DNA of 25,755 bases, taken from UHGV virus genome UHGV-0287771. One strand, written 5' to 3'. This document shows positions 18,048 to 25,755 of this stretch, piece after piece. The stretch is from a virus. A program made the position numbers and the translations under genes. Within the stretch, counting starts at the first letter, position 1. The number at the start of each line of letters is the position of its first letter. The notes under the pieces are model-generated. The model searched no databases and was not told the DNA's origin. It saw only the letters and a list, made by a program, of their open reading frames with translations.

Positions 18048-20441
18048 ATGGCTAATTACCGTGATTTGTTAGAGCAGGCTGGCGCACGTTACGGTGTGCC
18101 AGAAGGGTTGATGACTGCACTGGGTGCCAAGGAGTCTTCTTACAACCCTGCCGCAGTAAGCTCCGCCGGGGCTGTAGGATTGACTCAGGTCATGCCTGGG
18201 ACATGGCGTGATATGGGTTATACCGATGAGCAAATGCAAAACCCCGAATATCAGGCTGACGCTGGCGCGCGCTATCTGGCAAAGATGTACCAGCAGTTTG
18301 GTAACTGGCGTGACGCTCTTCAGGCTTATCATGACGGTCCCGGCAACGTTATGAAGGCAAAGCGTGGTGAATATACGCCAGGACCTGAAGGCCGCGGTTA
18401 CGTTGATGATCGCTTTGCTCAATGGGCGGGTGACCCGGTGACAGACTCAACAGTCGAACAGCGCGCCACCTCTGCAAAGGTACATCCTCAGCAAGACCCT
18501 AACAACCCGTTTGCACAACTGGAAGCACAGTCATCCGAACAAGTATCGGCATCAGGCGTGCAGTCAGACCCAAATAATCCATTTGCTCAGATTGAGCAGC
18601 AGGCAGCCAGTCAGCAGCCACCTCAACCCGTAAGTTCTGTCGCACCGAAACCTGTTCAGCAGCAAGGCGGAATAATGTCTGACCTTGGTAATGGACTTGC
18701 TGAAACCGGGCGCGGCTTACTACAGGCAGGAATCAACGTAGCGAACATACCTGCTGAACTCACTGATGCTGTAACAAGCGCGGCGGCTTGGGCTGGCGGT
18801 AAACTCGGCATTGGCGATGGTACATATCAACCAGCACCACGAGTAACAACGCAGGGATTAGAGCAGGACTTTGGCCTTCAGCAAGGCGCGCTGACTCCAC
18901 AAACGACAGAGGGAAGGGTATTTGCCGAAGCATTGCCTTACCTCACTCCTGCTGGCGTTGAGAGAGCGGCAACACAGGCACCAACACTTGCTGGTCGAAT
19001 TGCTCAGGGGGCAACTCGCCTTCTAGCAGAAAACGCAGTTGGTTCACTTGCTGCAAACAGTGCGAAAGATGATGCGGAAGCACTCGCCACCGATTTAGGC
19101 GTTGGTGTGCTGGCTGGCGGTGCTATTAACGCTGCCGGACGTGGATTAGGTGCTGCTTATCGTGGTGTTCGTGGTTCGATAGCACCAGAAGCTCAACAGG
19201 CTATCAGGTTTGCAGAGCGTGAAGGAGTTCCTCTGCACACCACAGACCTGTTACAGCCTACTTCCCGCGCCGGGAAAATGGCGCAGACTACAGCAGAAAA
19301 TATCCCCCTGGCTGGCACAAGCGGAATGAGAGCAACGCAACAGGAAGCGAGAATCCAGTTGGTGCAGAGATTTGCCGATAAATTCGGTGAGTATGATCCA
19401 GCGGTTGTTATTGACAGCCTTAAAGCGAAAACATCAGGAATTCGTCGTGCCGCCGGTAATCGACTGGAGCAGGTTCAGAATGCTATGGCTGGAGTAAACA
19501 TTCAGCCTGCGCGAGCAATTCAGCAGATTGATACAGAAATATCTAATCTGCAGAAGCTTGGTAAGGTCGCCGATAACGAGACTATTTCAAAACTTCAGTC
19601 CTATCGTGATGAGCTTGTTCGCAATGCTGGTCCTGATGGTCCGGTAAATCTGGATTTGAAGCAATTAAGCGATCTGCGCAGCCAGTTCAGAATGGACGTG
19701 AAGGGGGAACGACCAGTGTTGCCAAACCGTTCCGATGCTGCCATTCAGCGCGTTTACAAGGCGATGACAGACGATATCAATGGTGCCATTGGTCAGAATC
19801 TTGGCAACGATACTCTCCGTAAATATCAGCAGGCCAATGCCGTCTACGCTGACGAAGCGGCGAAACTAAAGAATACCAGGCTGAAGAATGTTCTCATGAA
19901 AGGCGACCTGACGCCGGAAGTTGTCAACAACATGCTATTCAGCAAGAACAAATCGGAAATTAAGACGCTGTATAACTCAGTTGGTCGTGTTGGCAGGGCG
20001 CAAATGCGCAATGGCATCATTGGAAAGGCGATGGAGAAATCAGGTGGTTCCCCTGACCAGTTCCTTCGGCAGCTTAACATCCTGCAAAACCAGACTGGCA
20101 TCACATTTAAGGGGCAGGACGCTGCTTATCTGAAAGGATTAAAAAACTATCTGCAATCCACGCAGCAGGCTGCAAAAGCAGCAGTAACAACACCCACAGG
20201 GCAGCAAACTATCCCGTTCATTATTGGGTATGGGACGGCAATGAACCCGGCGACAACTGGCGCAGCAGTAAGCTACGGACTTCTTACTCGCGCCTATGAG
20301 AGCGAGCCATTCAGAAATGCAATGCTCCGAATGGCAAACACCCCACGCGGATCTACAGCGTTTGAGAAAGCCATGCAGCAAGCGCAAAAAGCGATTAATG
20401 CACTGACGCAGGGTGCTAAGTCTGATTCGTTGTCAGAATAG
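18048..20441 (+). CDS. DNA ejection/internal protein gp16-like with N-terminal lytic transglycosylase (SLT) domain
   Basis: 797 aa; N-terminal SLT signature (GLMTALGAKESSYNPAAVSSAGAVGLTQVMPGTW...YHDGPG); last gene of the ejection-protein trio. Confidence 0.75.
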   Translation: MANYRDLLEQAGARYGVPEGLMTALGAKESSYNPAAVSSAGAVGLTQVMPGTWRDMGYTDEQMQNPEYQADAGARYLAKMYQQFGNWRDALQAYHDGPGNVMKAKRGEYTPGPEGRGYVDDRFAQWAGDPVTDSTVEQRATSAKVHPQQDPNNPFAQLEAQSSEQVSASGVQSDPNNPFAQIEQQAASQQPPQPVSSVAPKPVQQQGGIMSDLGNGLAETGRGLLQAGINVANIPAELTDAVTSAAAWAGGKLGIGDGTYQPAPRVTTQGLEQDFGLQQGALTPQTTEGRVFAEALPYLTPAGVERAATQAPTLAGRIAQGATRLLAENAVGSLAANSAKDDAEALATDLGVGVLAGGAINAAGRGLGAAYRGVRGSIAPEAQQAIRFAEREGVPLHTTDLLQPTSRAGKMAQTTAENIPLAGTSGMRATQQEARIQLVQRFADKFGEYDPAVVIDSLKAKTSGIRRAAGNRLEQVQNAMAGVNIQPARAIQQIDTEISNLQKLGKVADNETISKLQSYRDELVRNAGPDGPVNLDLKQLSDLRSQFRMDVKGERPVLPNRSDAAIQRVYKAMTDDINGAIGQNLGNDTLRKYQQANAVYADEAAKLKNTRLKNVLMKGDLTPEVVNNMLFSKNKSEIKTLYNSVGRVGRAQMRNGIIGKAMEKSGGSPDQFLRQLNILQNQTGITFKGQDAAYLKGLKNYLQSTQQAAKAAVTTPTGQQTIPFIIGYGTAMNPATTGAAVSYGLLTRAYESEPFRNAMLRMANTPRGSTAFEKAMQQAQKAINALTQGAKSDSLSE

Positions 20442-20531
20442 CCTTTCAAACACCAGGAACGTGCAAAAACCAAATATGTAGAACGCGAGGTTTATCGTAT
20501 CCCTCTGCATAGGCGATACCTTTGCTGATTG

Positions 20532-21017
20532 TTATCTGATGTTACTGCTACTGTTGCATGTTACCGTGTTTTCAAATCCTGAATTGCAGTTTGTATATGT
20601 GTCAACGCGTGTTGGGTAAGGTTGAGTTATAACAGGCTGGCGCGCTTTTTGCTCAATTGCTTGCATAGTGTTTACAGCCTGATAATTCAATAAAGCCTGC
20701 TGGAATGCTTGGCTTTGTGCTATTTGTTGGGCTTGTTCTTGGCTTTGTAATTGAACATAAAGATTCTGAAGCTCAAGTCTTGCCTGTGCGTCACTTATCT
20801 TGCCTTCATCGACACCTTGCCCGAGCATCTTTGCAGCAAGGACATACAGCTTAGGTGTTGGTGCTGATGCCATGCGTGAGTCGTTTTTCACACTGGCATC
20901 AAGGCAATTAGCCATATCGCTAAGCTTTTGATAGCGTTGTTCGCAACTTGCTTGATAGTCACTTACTTTTGCGCATCCAACCAGCAGAATCGGGATAATT
21001 AACAGTGATTTTTTCAT
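20532..21017 (-). CDS. lipoprotein (candidate superinfection-exclusion/moron protein), 161 aa
   Basis: Strong SD AAGGAGAG 8 nt upstream of ATG (minus strand, 21017); signal peptide with lipobox MKKSLLIIPILLVGC; Gln-rich helical body; in the slot of the P22 sieA/immI region. Confidence 0.7.
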   Translation of the reverse strand: MKKSLLIIPILLVGCAKVSDYQASCEQRYQKLSDMANCLDASVKNDSRMASAPTPKLYVLAAKMLGQGVDEGKISDAQARLELQNLYVQLQSQEQAQQIAQSQAFQQALLNYQAVNTMQAIEQKARQPVITQPYPTRVDTYTNCNSGFENTVTCNSSSNIR

Positions 21018-21087
21018 ATGGTTAACTCTCCTTAGTTTTTCACAGGATATCATGAAGGCAATACCATTTTAGCCGGAAACTAGATTT

Positions 21088-21357
21088 CTATGTTTCCTTT
21101 TTATTATTGCTATACATGGTCTTAAGCGTATCAAAGACAATTTTCTTAACTATCTCAGATTGTTGTTCTGCCATACGCTCTGCATCGTCAATGTAAACAG
21201 ATGCAGAGCTTTGTTTAGCCAATGATTCTTCAATCGCTGCAATTATCTCTGAGTTCAGAGACCTGTTATTCATCTTCGCACGCTGTTTAATTTTCGCGTG
21301 GAGTTCATGCGGAAGTCTCAAGTGAAACTGCGCCTCGTCGTATTTGCTGTACATCAT
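21088..21357 (-). CDS. mnt: Mnt-like ribbon-helix-helix repressor (Arc/MetJ family)
   Basis: Translation matches recalled P22 Mnt along its length (RSLNSEII ... DDAERMAEQQSEIVKKIVFDTLK vs RSMNSELL ... NDAERLADEQSELVKKMVFDTLK); start placed at the Met preceded by an SD-like GTGAGG. Confidence 0.8.
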   Translation of the reverse strand: MMYSKYDEAQFHLRLPHELHAKIKQRAKMNNRSLNSEIIAAIEESLAKQSSASVYIDDAERMAEQQSEIVKKIVFDTLKTMYSNNKKET

Positions 21358-21489
21358 TGATGCCTCACCAGTTGGGTGGAATGGCATCGTAAAACCTACT
21401 GGATAAATCAACAATCGTACCACTTCGGTATGTAACTATAGCTTACCGCAGCTCTGCTGTGGGGATTAATTTCGCCTGGAGCACATCAA

Positions 21490-23763
21490 ATGACTGATAC
21501 CAATTACCTGGTCTCTATGCCGTCCACTCCTTTTTCGGCGCCACGAGCATTTAAGTCAGTGGCGAACGGGAAAATCTACATCGGAAACCCTGACACTGAT
21601 CCGGTAAATCCTGCCAACCAAATCCCGGTATATGTCGTTAATGAGGATGGCTCCGAGGTTCAGGTTTCACAGCCAATCATCATTAACGCCGGCGGCTTTC
21701 CGGTCTATAACGGCCAGATTATGAAGTTCATCACGAAACAGAACTTCAGTATGGCGGTCTATGACGCATATGGAGCGCAGCAATTTTATTGGCCCGATTT
21801 ATCTCGCATAGATCCAGATACAGCATACAACACCATCATAAATAATATTGGCGCACAAGATGGACTGAAGTATGTTGGTCAGTGCTCAGATTTAACAGCT
21901 CTCAGGGCTATTGAGCCAACCGTTTCTAACCAGCGAATTAGTGTCGCTGCATACGCTCCCGGGTGGGCCTCGCTGACAGGTGCGCCTGTTGGCGGTGGTG
22001 AGTTTTATTATGACCCCAATGATACGACATCTTCTGATGACGATATTTTTATTTTTGTAACGGCTGGCGGTAAGCGCTGGAAGCGTGCTTGCTCCGGCAA
22101 AAAAATCTGCCTGGAATGGAAAGGGGTAAGGCCTGGTGATGATGCAGCTCCGGCATTAAATGCTATCGGCACTTACCTGAATAACAAGGCCATCGCAAAA
22201 GGTACTGTTTCCGGGCTTCCTCGAGTGCATGTCGGCGCAGGCGTTTACCCCCTGTCAGATACTGTCAACCTCACATACGCATTTCGCATAAAGGCGGTTG
22301 GTAATGTAGAATTTACGACAACGGACTGGGATAGCACGGTTGCAAAAGATATTTTCACTATCGCTAACCCTGCAAATATGCCTGCAGTTCCTGACAAGGG
22401 GTATGCAAGCGGTGACCCGTGGCTTAATGGTTCTGATGGCACCATTTTAATCACTGGTCCCGTCTATGATGCTGCGGTCACAAACAATGTGGTTGGCGTT
22501 GGTGTGGGAAACCTCGTCACCGGGCGGACGCCCGTTCGTGGTAATGTGATGCATGGCGTTTCAATCCGTTACTGTGGCAGTGCGATTTACCTGCGCATGC
22601 GTCGTCTGTACCTGACGTCATTTAGTCATGTTCACTGCGAGCTTAATAACACACATATTACCTGTCCTAACCAGTCAGGCACCGAAGACTCCGGGGAGCG
22701 TATTGCATTTCATGAGTGCGTTTTTGGCGGGTGCAGGAATCAGCACGTTTATGTATATATGACACCGGCTCTGCATTTTGAATCATGTTCATTCGACTTT
22801 GCTCAGGGGAGCGGTATTTATCTGGATGGGATATCTGAGTATGGTCTTTTTTCATTCACAAACTGCCATTTTGAGAACTTCAATAACTACCTTATTAATG
22901 CCCAGACCGGTTCTCGGGTCACTCTTCTGATTACTAATTGTGATGTATTCAATAACAGCCAGACTACGCCGGTTACCGCAGCATCTGCTTCATCCCCTTC
23001 CCGTCCTATGTTTAATCTTGCCAACGGCGGGAATGTGGTTATTAACGGATTTAAACTGAACTATTCATATCGACCTCTTGGTTCATTGAATATGCTGGTT
23101 TCGCCCGAGACACAAACTGCAGATACAAGAACACGAGTATCAGTTAACGGACTGACGGCGGGTGATAAGTCAATGACACCGTGCCCCGCAGCAGCGCATA
23201 TCATGAACCGATCAAATGATTTTAGCGGGGAAACTGTGGGTTCCACAATTACCAGCAAAATCGCATACACAACAACACATGTTCAGCCAGTACAGGACAT
23301 TGCAAGTTCGTGGGGCTCAGGGATGTCCGCATCTGTTGTCGCTGACGGTAGCACAAAGGGTTTGCAGATGGTGTCAGCAGACAATACTAACTTCGGTTAC
23401 ATTCAGCCAAAAACTGCGATTCCTGTTTCGCCAGGGCGCGCCTACTCAGCATATTTCAGTATCCAGAAGTTGCTGGCGGCTGGCGGAATCAACTGGTCTG
23501 TGAGCTATCTGTGGTACGACAAAGACGGGAACCTGTTATCTAACGATAGAGCTCTGTCAGGTCGGTTTTCCAGTGTATATAACGACACGACATTGCCGGG
23601 ATATTCAACAGATGCTACAGCAAACGGTAATAGAAAGTTGAGCACAACCATGTGCGTACGCATTGCGCCCCCCGGCGCTGCTTACTGTCGCCCATACTTT
23701 AGTGTGTCGTCGTTTACTGGAACTATAAATATCGTCAATTTTTTGATGTGGGAGTATCAGTAA
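21490..23763 (+). CDS. tailspike protein (P22 gp9-type N-terminal head-binding domain with divergent receptor-binding body)
   Basis: First ~110 aa resemble recalled P22 tailspike N-terminus ([35 protein letters not shown]...); remainder is beta-rich (Asn/Gly/Thr/Ser-rich) without recognised identity. Confidence 0.85.
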   Translation: MTDTNYLVSMPSTPFSAPRAFKSVANGKIYIGNPDTDPVNPANQIPVYVVNEDGSEVQVSQPIIINAGGFPVYNGQIMKFITKQNFSMAVYDAYGAQQFYWPDLSRIDPDTAYNTIINNIGAQDGLKYVGQCSDLTALRAIEPTVSNQRISVAAYAPGWASLTGAPVGGGEFYYDPNDTTSSDDDIFIFVTAGGKRWKRACSGKKICLEWKGVRPGDDAAPALNAIGTYLNNKAIAKGTVSGLPRVHVGAGVYPLSDTVNLTYAFRIKAVGNVEFTTTDWDSTVAKDIFTIANPANMPAVPDKGYASGDPWLNGSDGTILITGPVYDAAVTNNVVGVGVGNLVTGRTPVRGNVMHGVSIRYCGSAIYLRMRRLYLTSFSHVHCELNNTHITCPNQSGTEDSGERIAFHECVFGGCRNQHVYVYMTPALHFESCSFDFAQGSGIYLDGISEYGLFSFTNCHFENFNNYLINAQTGSRVTLLITNCDVFNNSQTTPVTAASASSPSRPMFNLANGGNVVINGFKLNYSYRPLGSLNMLVSPETQTADTRTRVSVNGLTAGDKSMTPCPAAAHIMNRSNDFSGETVGSTITSKIAYTTTHVQPVQDIASSWGSGMSASVVADGSTKGLQMVSADNTNFGYIQPKTAIPVSPGRAYSAYFSIQKLLAAGGINWSVSYLWYDKDGNLLSNDRALSGRFSSVYNDTTLPGYSTDATANGNRKLSTTMCVRIAPPGAAYCRPYFSVSSFTGTINIVNFLMWEYQ

Positions 23764-23981
23764 TGAATATCTATCTTGAGCCAGGCACCAGCAATGTGTT
23801 TGTTCTCTCCCCGGAATCTCCGGGGGAGGCGTACGAACACATTGGCGAGGTCAGTGATGATGTATCGCTGTCCCCTGTCATTCCTGATGAAATCTATGAA
23901 GTAATAGCGGCGTATAACGAAAGCCTTTTATCTACTGGGCTTGAGCTGAACATGAGAGGGTCATATTCCTCCTCCAATTGA
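23763..23981 (+). CDS. hypothetical acidic protein, 72 aa, translationally coupled to the tailspike
   Basis: ATG 23763 overlaps the tailspike stop (TAATG); acidic composition; no family recognised. Confidence 0.45.
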   Translation: MNIYLEPGTSNVFVLSPESPGEAYEHIGEVSDDVSLSPVIPDEIYEVIAAYNESLLSTGLELNMRGSYSSSN

Positions 23982-24019
23982 TAGATATAACCTGTCTTGA
24001 TCAGTCAATTCACAACATA

Positions 24020-24039
24020 TACTGTATATAAAAACAGTA
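24020..24039 (+). promoter_or_regulatory. LexA operator (SOS box) overlapping a likely promoter
   Basis: TACTGTATATAAAAACAGTA: CTGT-N8-ACAG with AT-rich spacer, a near-perfect match to the E. coli LexA box consensus TACTG(TA)5CAGTA; 15 nt upstream of the next start codon. Confidence 0.75.
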
Positions 24040-24054
24040 TTGTCGGGTGTGGAT

Positions 24055-24294
24055 ATGATAAGACGTAACGCCATAGCGGAGGCTTTCAGAGCCTCCATTT
24101 CTATAAATCCTAAAGGTTATCAATACCTTTACACGGATTCTTTCATCTCCGAACTACAGCGGAGGGGTATCCATTTCTCAGAGAAGGAGGCTAACAACTG
24201 GATATCGAGAGAGCAGACGTACTTTGTCGACAAGACGCCGGACCATAGCGAAAACAGGTTGTGGATGCTGGCGAATATGGGGAGGGTGATCTAA
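24055..24294 (+). CDS. hypothetical protein, 79 aa, first gene of the LexA-box operon
   Basis: ORF directly downstream of the LexA box; stop overlaps the start of the next gene (TAATG); function not recognised. Confidence 0.5.
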   Translation: MIRRNAIAEAFRASISINPKGYQYLYTDSFISELQRRGIHFSEKEANNWISREQTYFVDKTPDHSENRLWMLANMGRVI

Positions 24295-24611
24295 TGGGCT
24301 TTCCTTCACCCGCGACGGATTACGTTGAGCAGCGACTGTCCGTTAACTCGATCTGCAATGTCGGCCCTAACACCCGCGTTTTCGAAAGGGATGGCGGTTA
24401 TGTTGTGCTGGATATTTCCCTGAAGCCAAAGCAGGGTAGTCAGGTTCTGATCCAGCACGGCGGCGGTACGGAGCTTGCCACGCTGAGAGGAAAGTCACTG
24501 ATAACCGAAGACGGCGAAGCGATCGAGGGAGATGCTCTCGACGATGTCACTGTCATCGGTGTCGTGACGTTTACTATCTGCGATGTTCGTTCTGATAATT
24601 CTATTATTTAA
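24294..24611 (+). CDS. UmuD'-like (S24 LexA/UmuD-family fold) protein, apparently lacking the catalytic Ser
   Basis: Starts M-GFPSPATDYVEQR, matching the UmuD/MucA motif GFPSPAADYVEQR just after the UmuD self-cleavage site; GGGGAGGG SD 7 nt upstream; no G-D-S-M serine motif seen by eye, Lys retained in RGKSL. Confidence 0.6.
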   Translation: MGFPSPATDYVEQRLSVNSICNVGPNTRVFERDGGYVVLDISLKPKQGSQVLIQHGGGTELATLRGKSLITEDGEAIEGDALDDVTVIGVVTFTICDVRSDNSII

Positions 24612-24622
24612 CTGGGGTATAT

Positions 24623-25288
24623 ATGGCGCTGAAGCTATTAGCCAATAATAACGCAAAGAGTGTTCTCGCTGCGGGTATTAGCGCGTCCGCTACCGTTATT
24701 ACCGTGGGGTCGGGTGCAGGTGCTTTATTCCCCGCGCCGGTATCGGGAGAAAGCTATTTCAAATTAACGGTAACCGACGCCGCAACGAAAACAATCAACG
24801 AAATTATGCATGTCACATCTGTATCTGGTGACGTGATGACGGTAATTCGTGGTCAGGAAGGAACCACGGCGCGCGTATGGTCAACGAATGACATTGTCGC
24901 AAATTTAATGACCGCCGGCTCATTGTTATCGTTCCTGCAGATCAGCAATAACCTGTCAGAAATTAAAGATGCCGGTGAGGATGCGGTAAATGAAGCCCGT
25001 TATAACCTCGGAATATCTGATTCCTCTGGTTTTGTCGGGCGTTCTCTTGGCGCTCCAAAAGCGTTCTATGCAAACGGCACCTATACGCGCTCTCCTCTGG
25101 CCCGTTATGCAAAAGTAACGTTGGTCGGAGGTGGCGGCGGCGGTGGCCGGGCGGGTTCTCAGGCCGGTATTGCTGGCGCAGCTCCCGGATCCGGTGGTGG
25201 TGGCGCGTATGACCTTGGGTTTACCGGTACGGCATTTACCGGTGGTGATGGTGCTACTGGCATGGCGATCGTGGAAGAATTCGCGTAA
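24623..25288 (+). CDS. Gly-rich protein, 221 aa; N-terminal part reminiscent of phage fibre N-termini; possibly a truncated gene
   Basis: ORF 11 nt after the UmuD'-like gene; C-terminal poly-Gly/Gly-X stretch (VGGGGGGGRAGSQAGIAGAAPGSGGGG...); followed by ~430 bp without a convincing ORF before the att core. Confidence 0.5.
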   Translation: MALKLLANNNAKSVLAAGISASATVITVGSGAGALFPAPVSGESYFKLTVTDAATKTINEIMHVTSVSGDVMTVIRGQEGTTARVWSTNDIVANLMTAGSLLSFLQISNNLSEIKDAGEDAVNEARYNLGISDSSGFVGRSLGAPKAFYANGTYTRSPLARYAKVTLVGGGGGGGRAGSQAGIAGAAPGSGGGGAYDLGFTGTAFTGGDGATGMAIVEEFA

Positions 25289-25717
25289 TGGCTTACACTC
25301 CTGCACGACCATCGATGTAATCAGCCCACCACTGCATCATCTACCTGCGCTTATCGAGATACTGAGCATGGTTGTAAATCCCACGCACAGATCCGCCGTT
25401 GGCATGAGCGAGTTGCACTTCGATAGTTTCGTGATGCACCAAGTGATCAAAGTCATGAAATTTAACATCCAAGCCTCCATCGATCGATACTTGCGGTAGT
25501 TGATAAGGAAAAACTATGGTACACAAAGCGTTGCACTGGATTGCAAGGCTTTGTGCTCTTCTGTGGATGTGTGGCTACATGTTTGAAGATCGTTGTGCCG
25601 CATTTGTGACATACACATGACAACATCATGCATCAACTTTCTGTTTGTGCCATCAACTATAGCTTAGTGAATGCGGTTAATGCTTGCTAAAACAGATAGT
25701 TATGATTGGTGCTACAG

Positions 25718-25755
25718 ATTCGTAATGCGAAGGTCGTAGGTTCGACTCCTATTAT
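25718..25755 (+). other. 3' portion of a tRNA-Thr(CGU)-like gene (anticodon loop, T-arm); candidate attR core, truncated by the window end
   Basis: ATTCGTAATGCGAAGGTCGTAGGTTCGACTCCTATTAT contains the anticodon-loop sequence with CGT and a canonical T-arm GGTTCGACTCC; the 5' half of a tRNA is absent upstream (sequence diverges before 25718). Confidence 0.6.

Noticed and set aside
25131-25499. 122-aa plus-strand ORF
   Set aside because: Out-of-frame overlap with the Gly-rich gene, driven by the low-complexity GC-rich tract; translation is Ala/Arg/Pro/Leu-rich, typical of a wrong frame.
1-25755. CRISPR arrays, IS elements or integrase
   Set aside because: No spaced direct-repeat arrays, no terminal inverted repeats flanking a transposase-like ORF, and no tyrosine/serine recombinase ORF were seen; the integrase is expected beyond the other end of the prophage.

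Overview
This window reads as the right arm of a mosaic lambdoid, P22-like temperate prophage, with almost all genes on the + strand. In order: the end of the nin region (with an AT-rich HNH-AP2 homing-endonuclease insertion, then NinG/Rap, NinH and a lambda-PPase-type phosphatase), a Q antiterminator, and a 512-bp non-coding late-control region. A lambda-type lysis cassette follows (S holin, R endolysin, Rz with embedded Rz1), then a DUF2829/Tad2-like gene and a P22/Sf6-type morphogenesis block: small and large terminase, portal, scaffold, coat, gp4, gp10, gp26 needle, gp14, ejection proteins gp7/gp20/gp16. Between gp16 and the tailspike sits a minus-strand immI-like pair (a lipoprotein and an Mnt repressor with no arc/ant partner). 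After the tailspike comes a roughly 2-kb cargo region whose centrepiece is a near-consensus LexA box in front of a three-gene operon that includes a UmuD'-like protein apparently lacking the catalytic serine; this SOS-controlled module is the most likely novel element. The window ends inside what looks like the 3' part of a tRNA-Thr(CGU) gene, consistent with the attR core. All calls are from reading the sequence and recalled family knowledge; no database searches were run.
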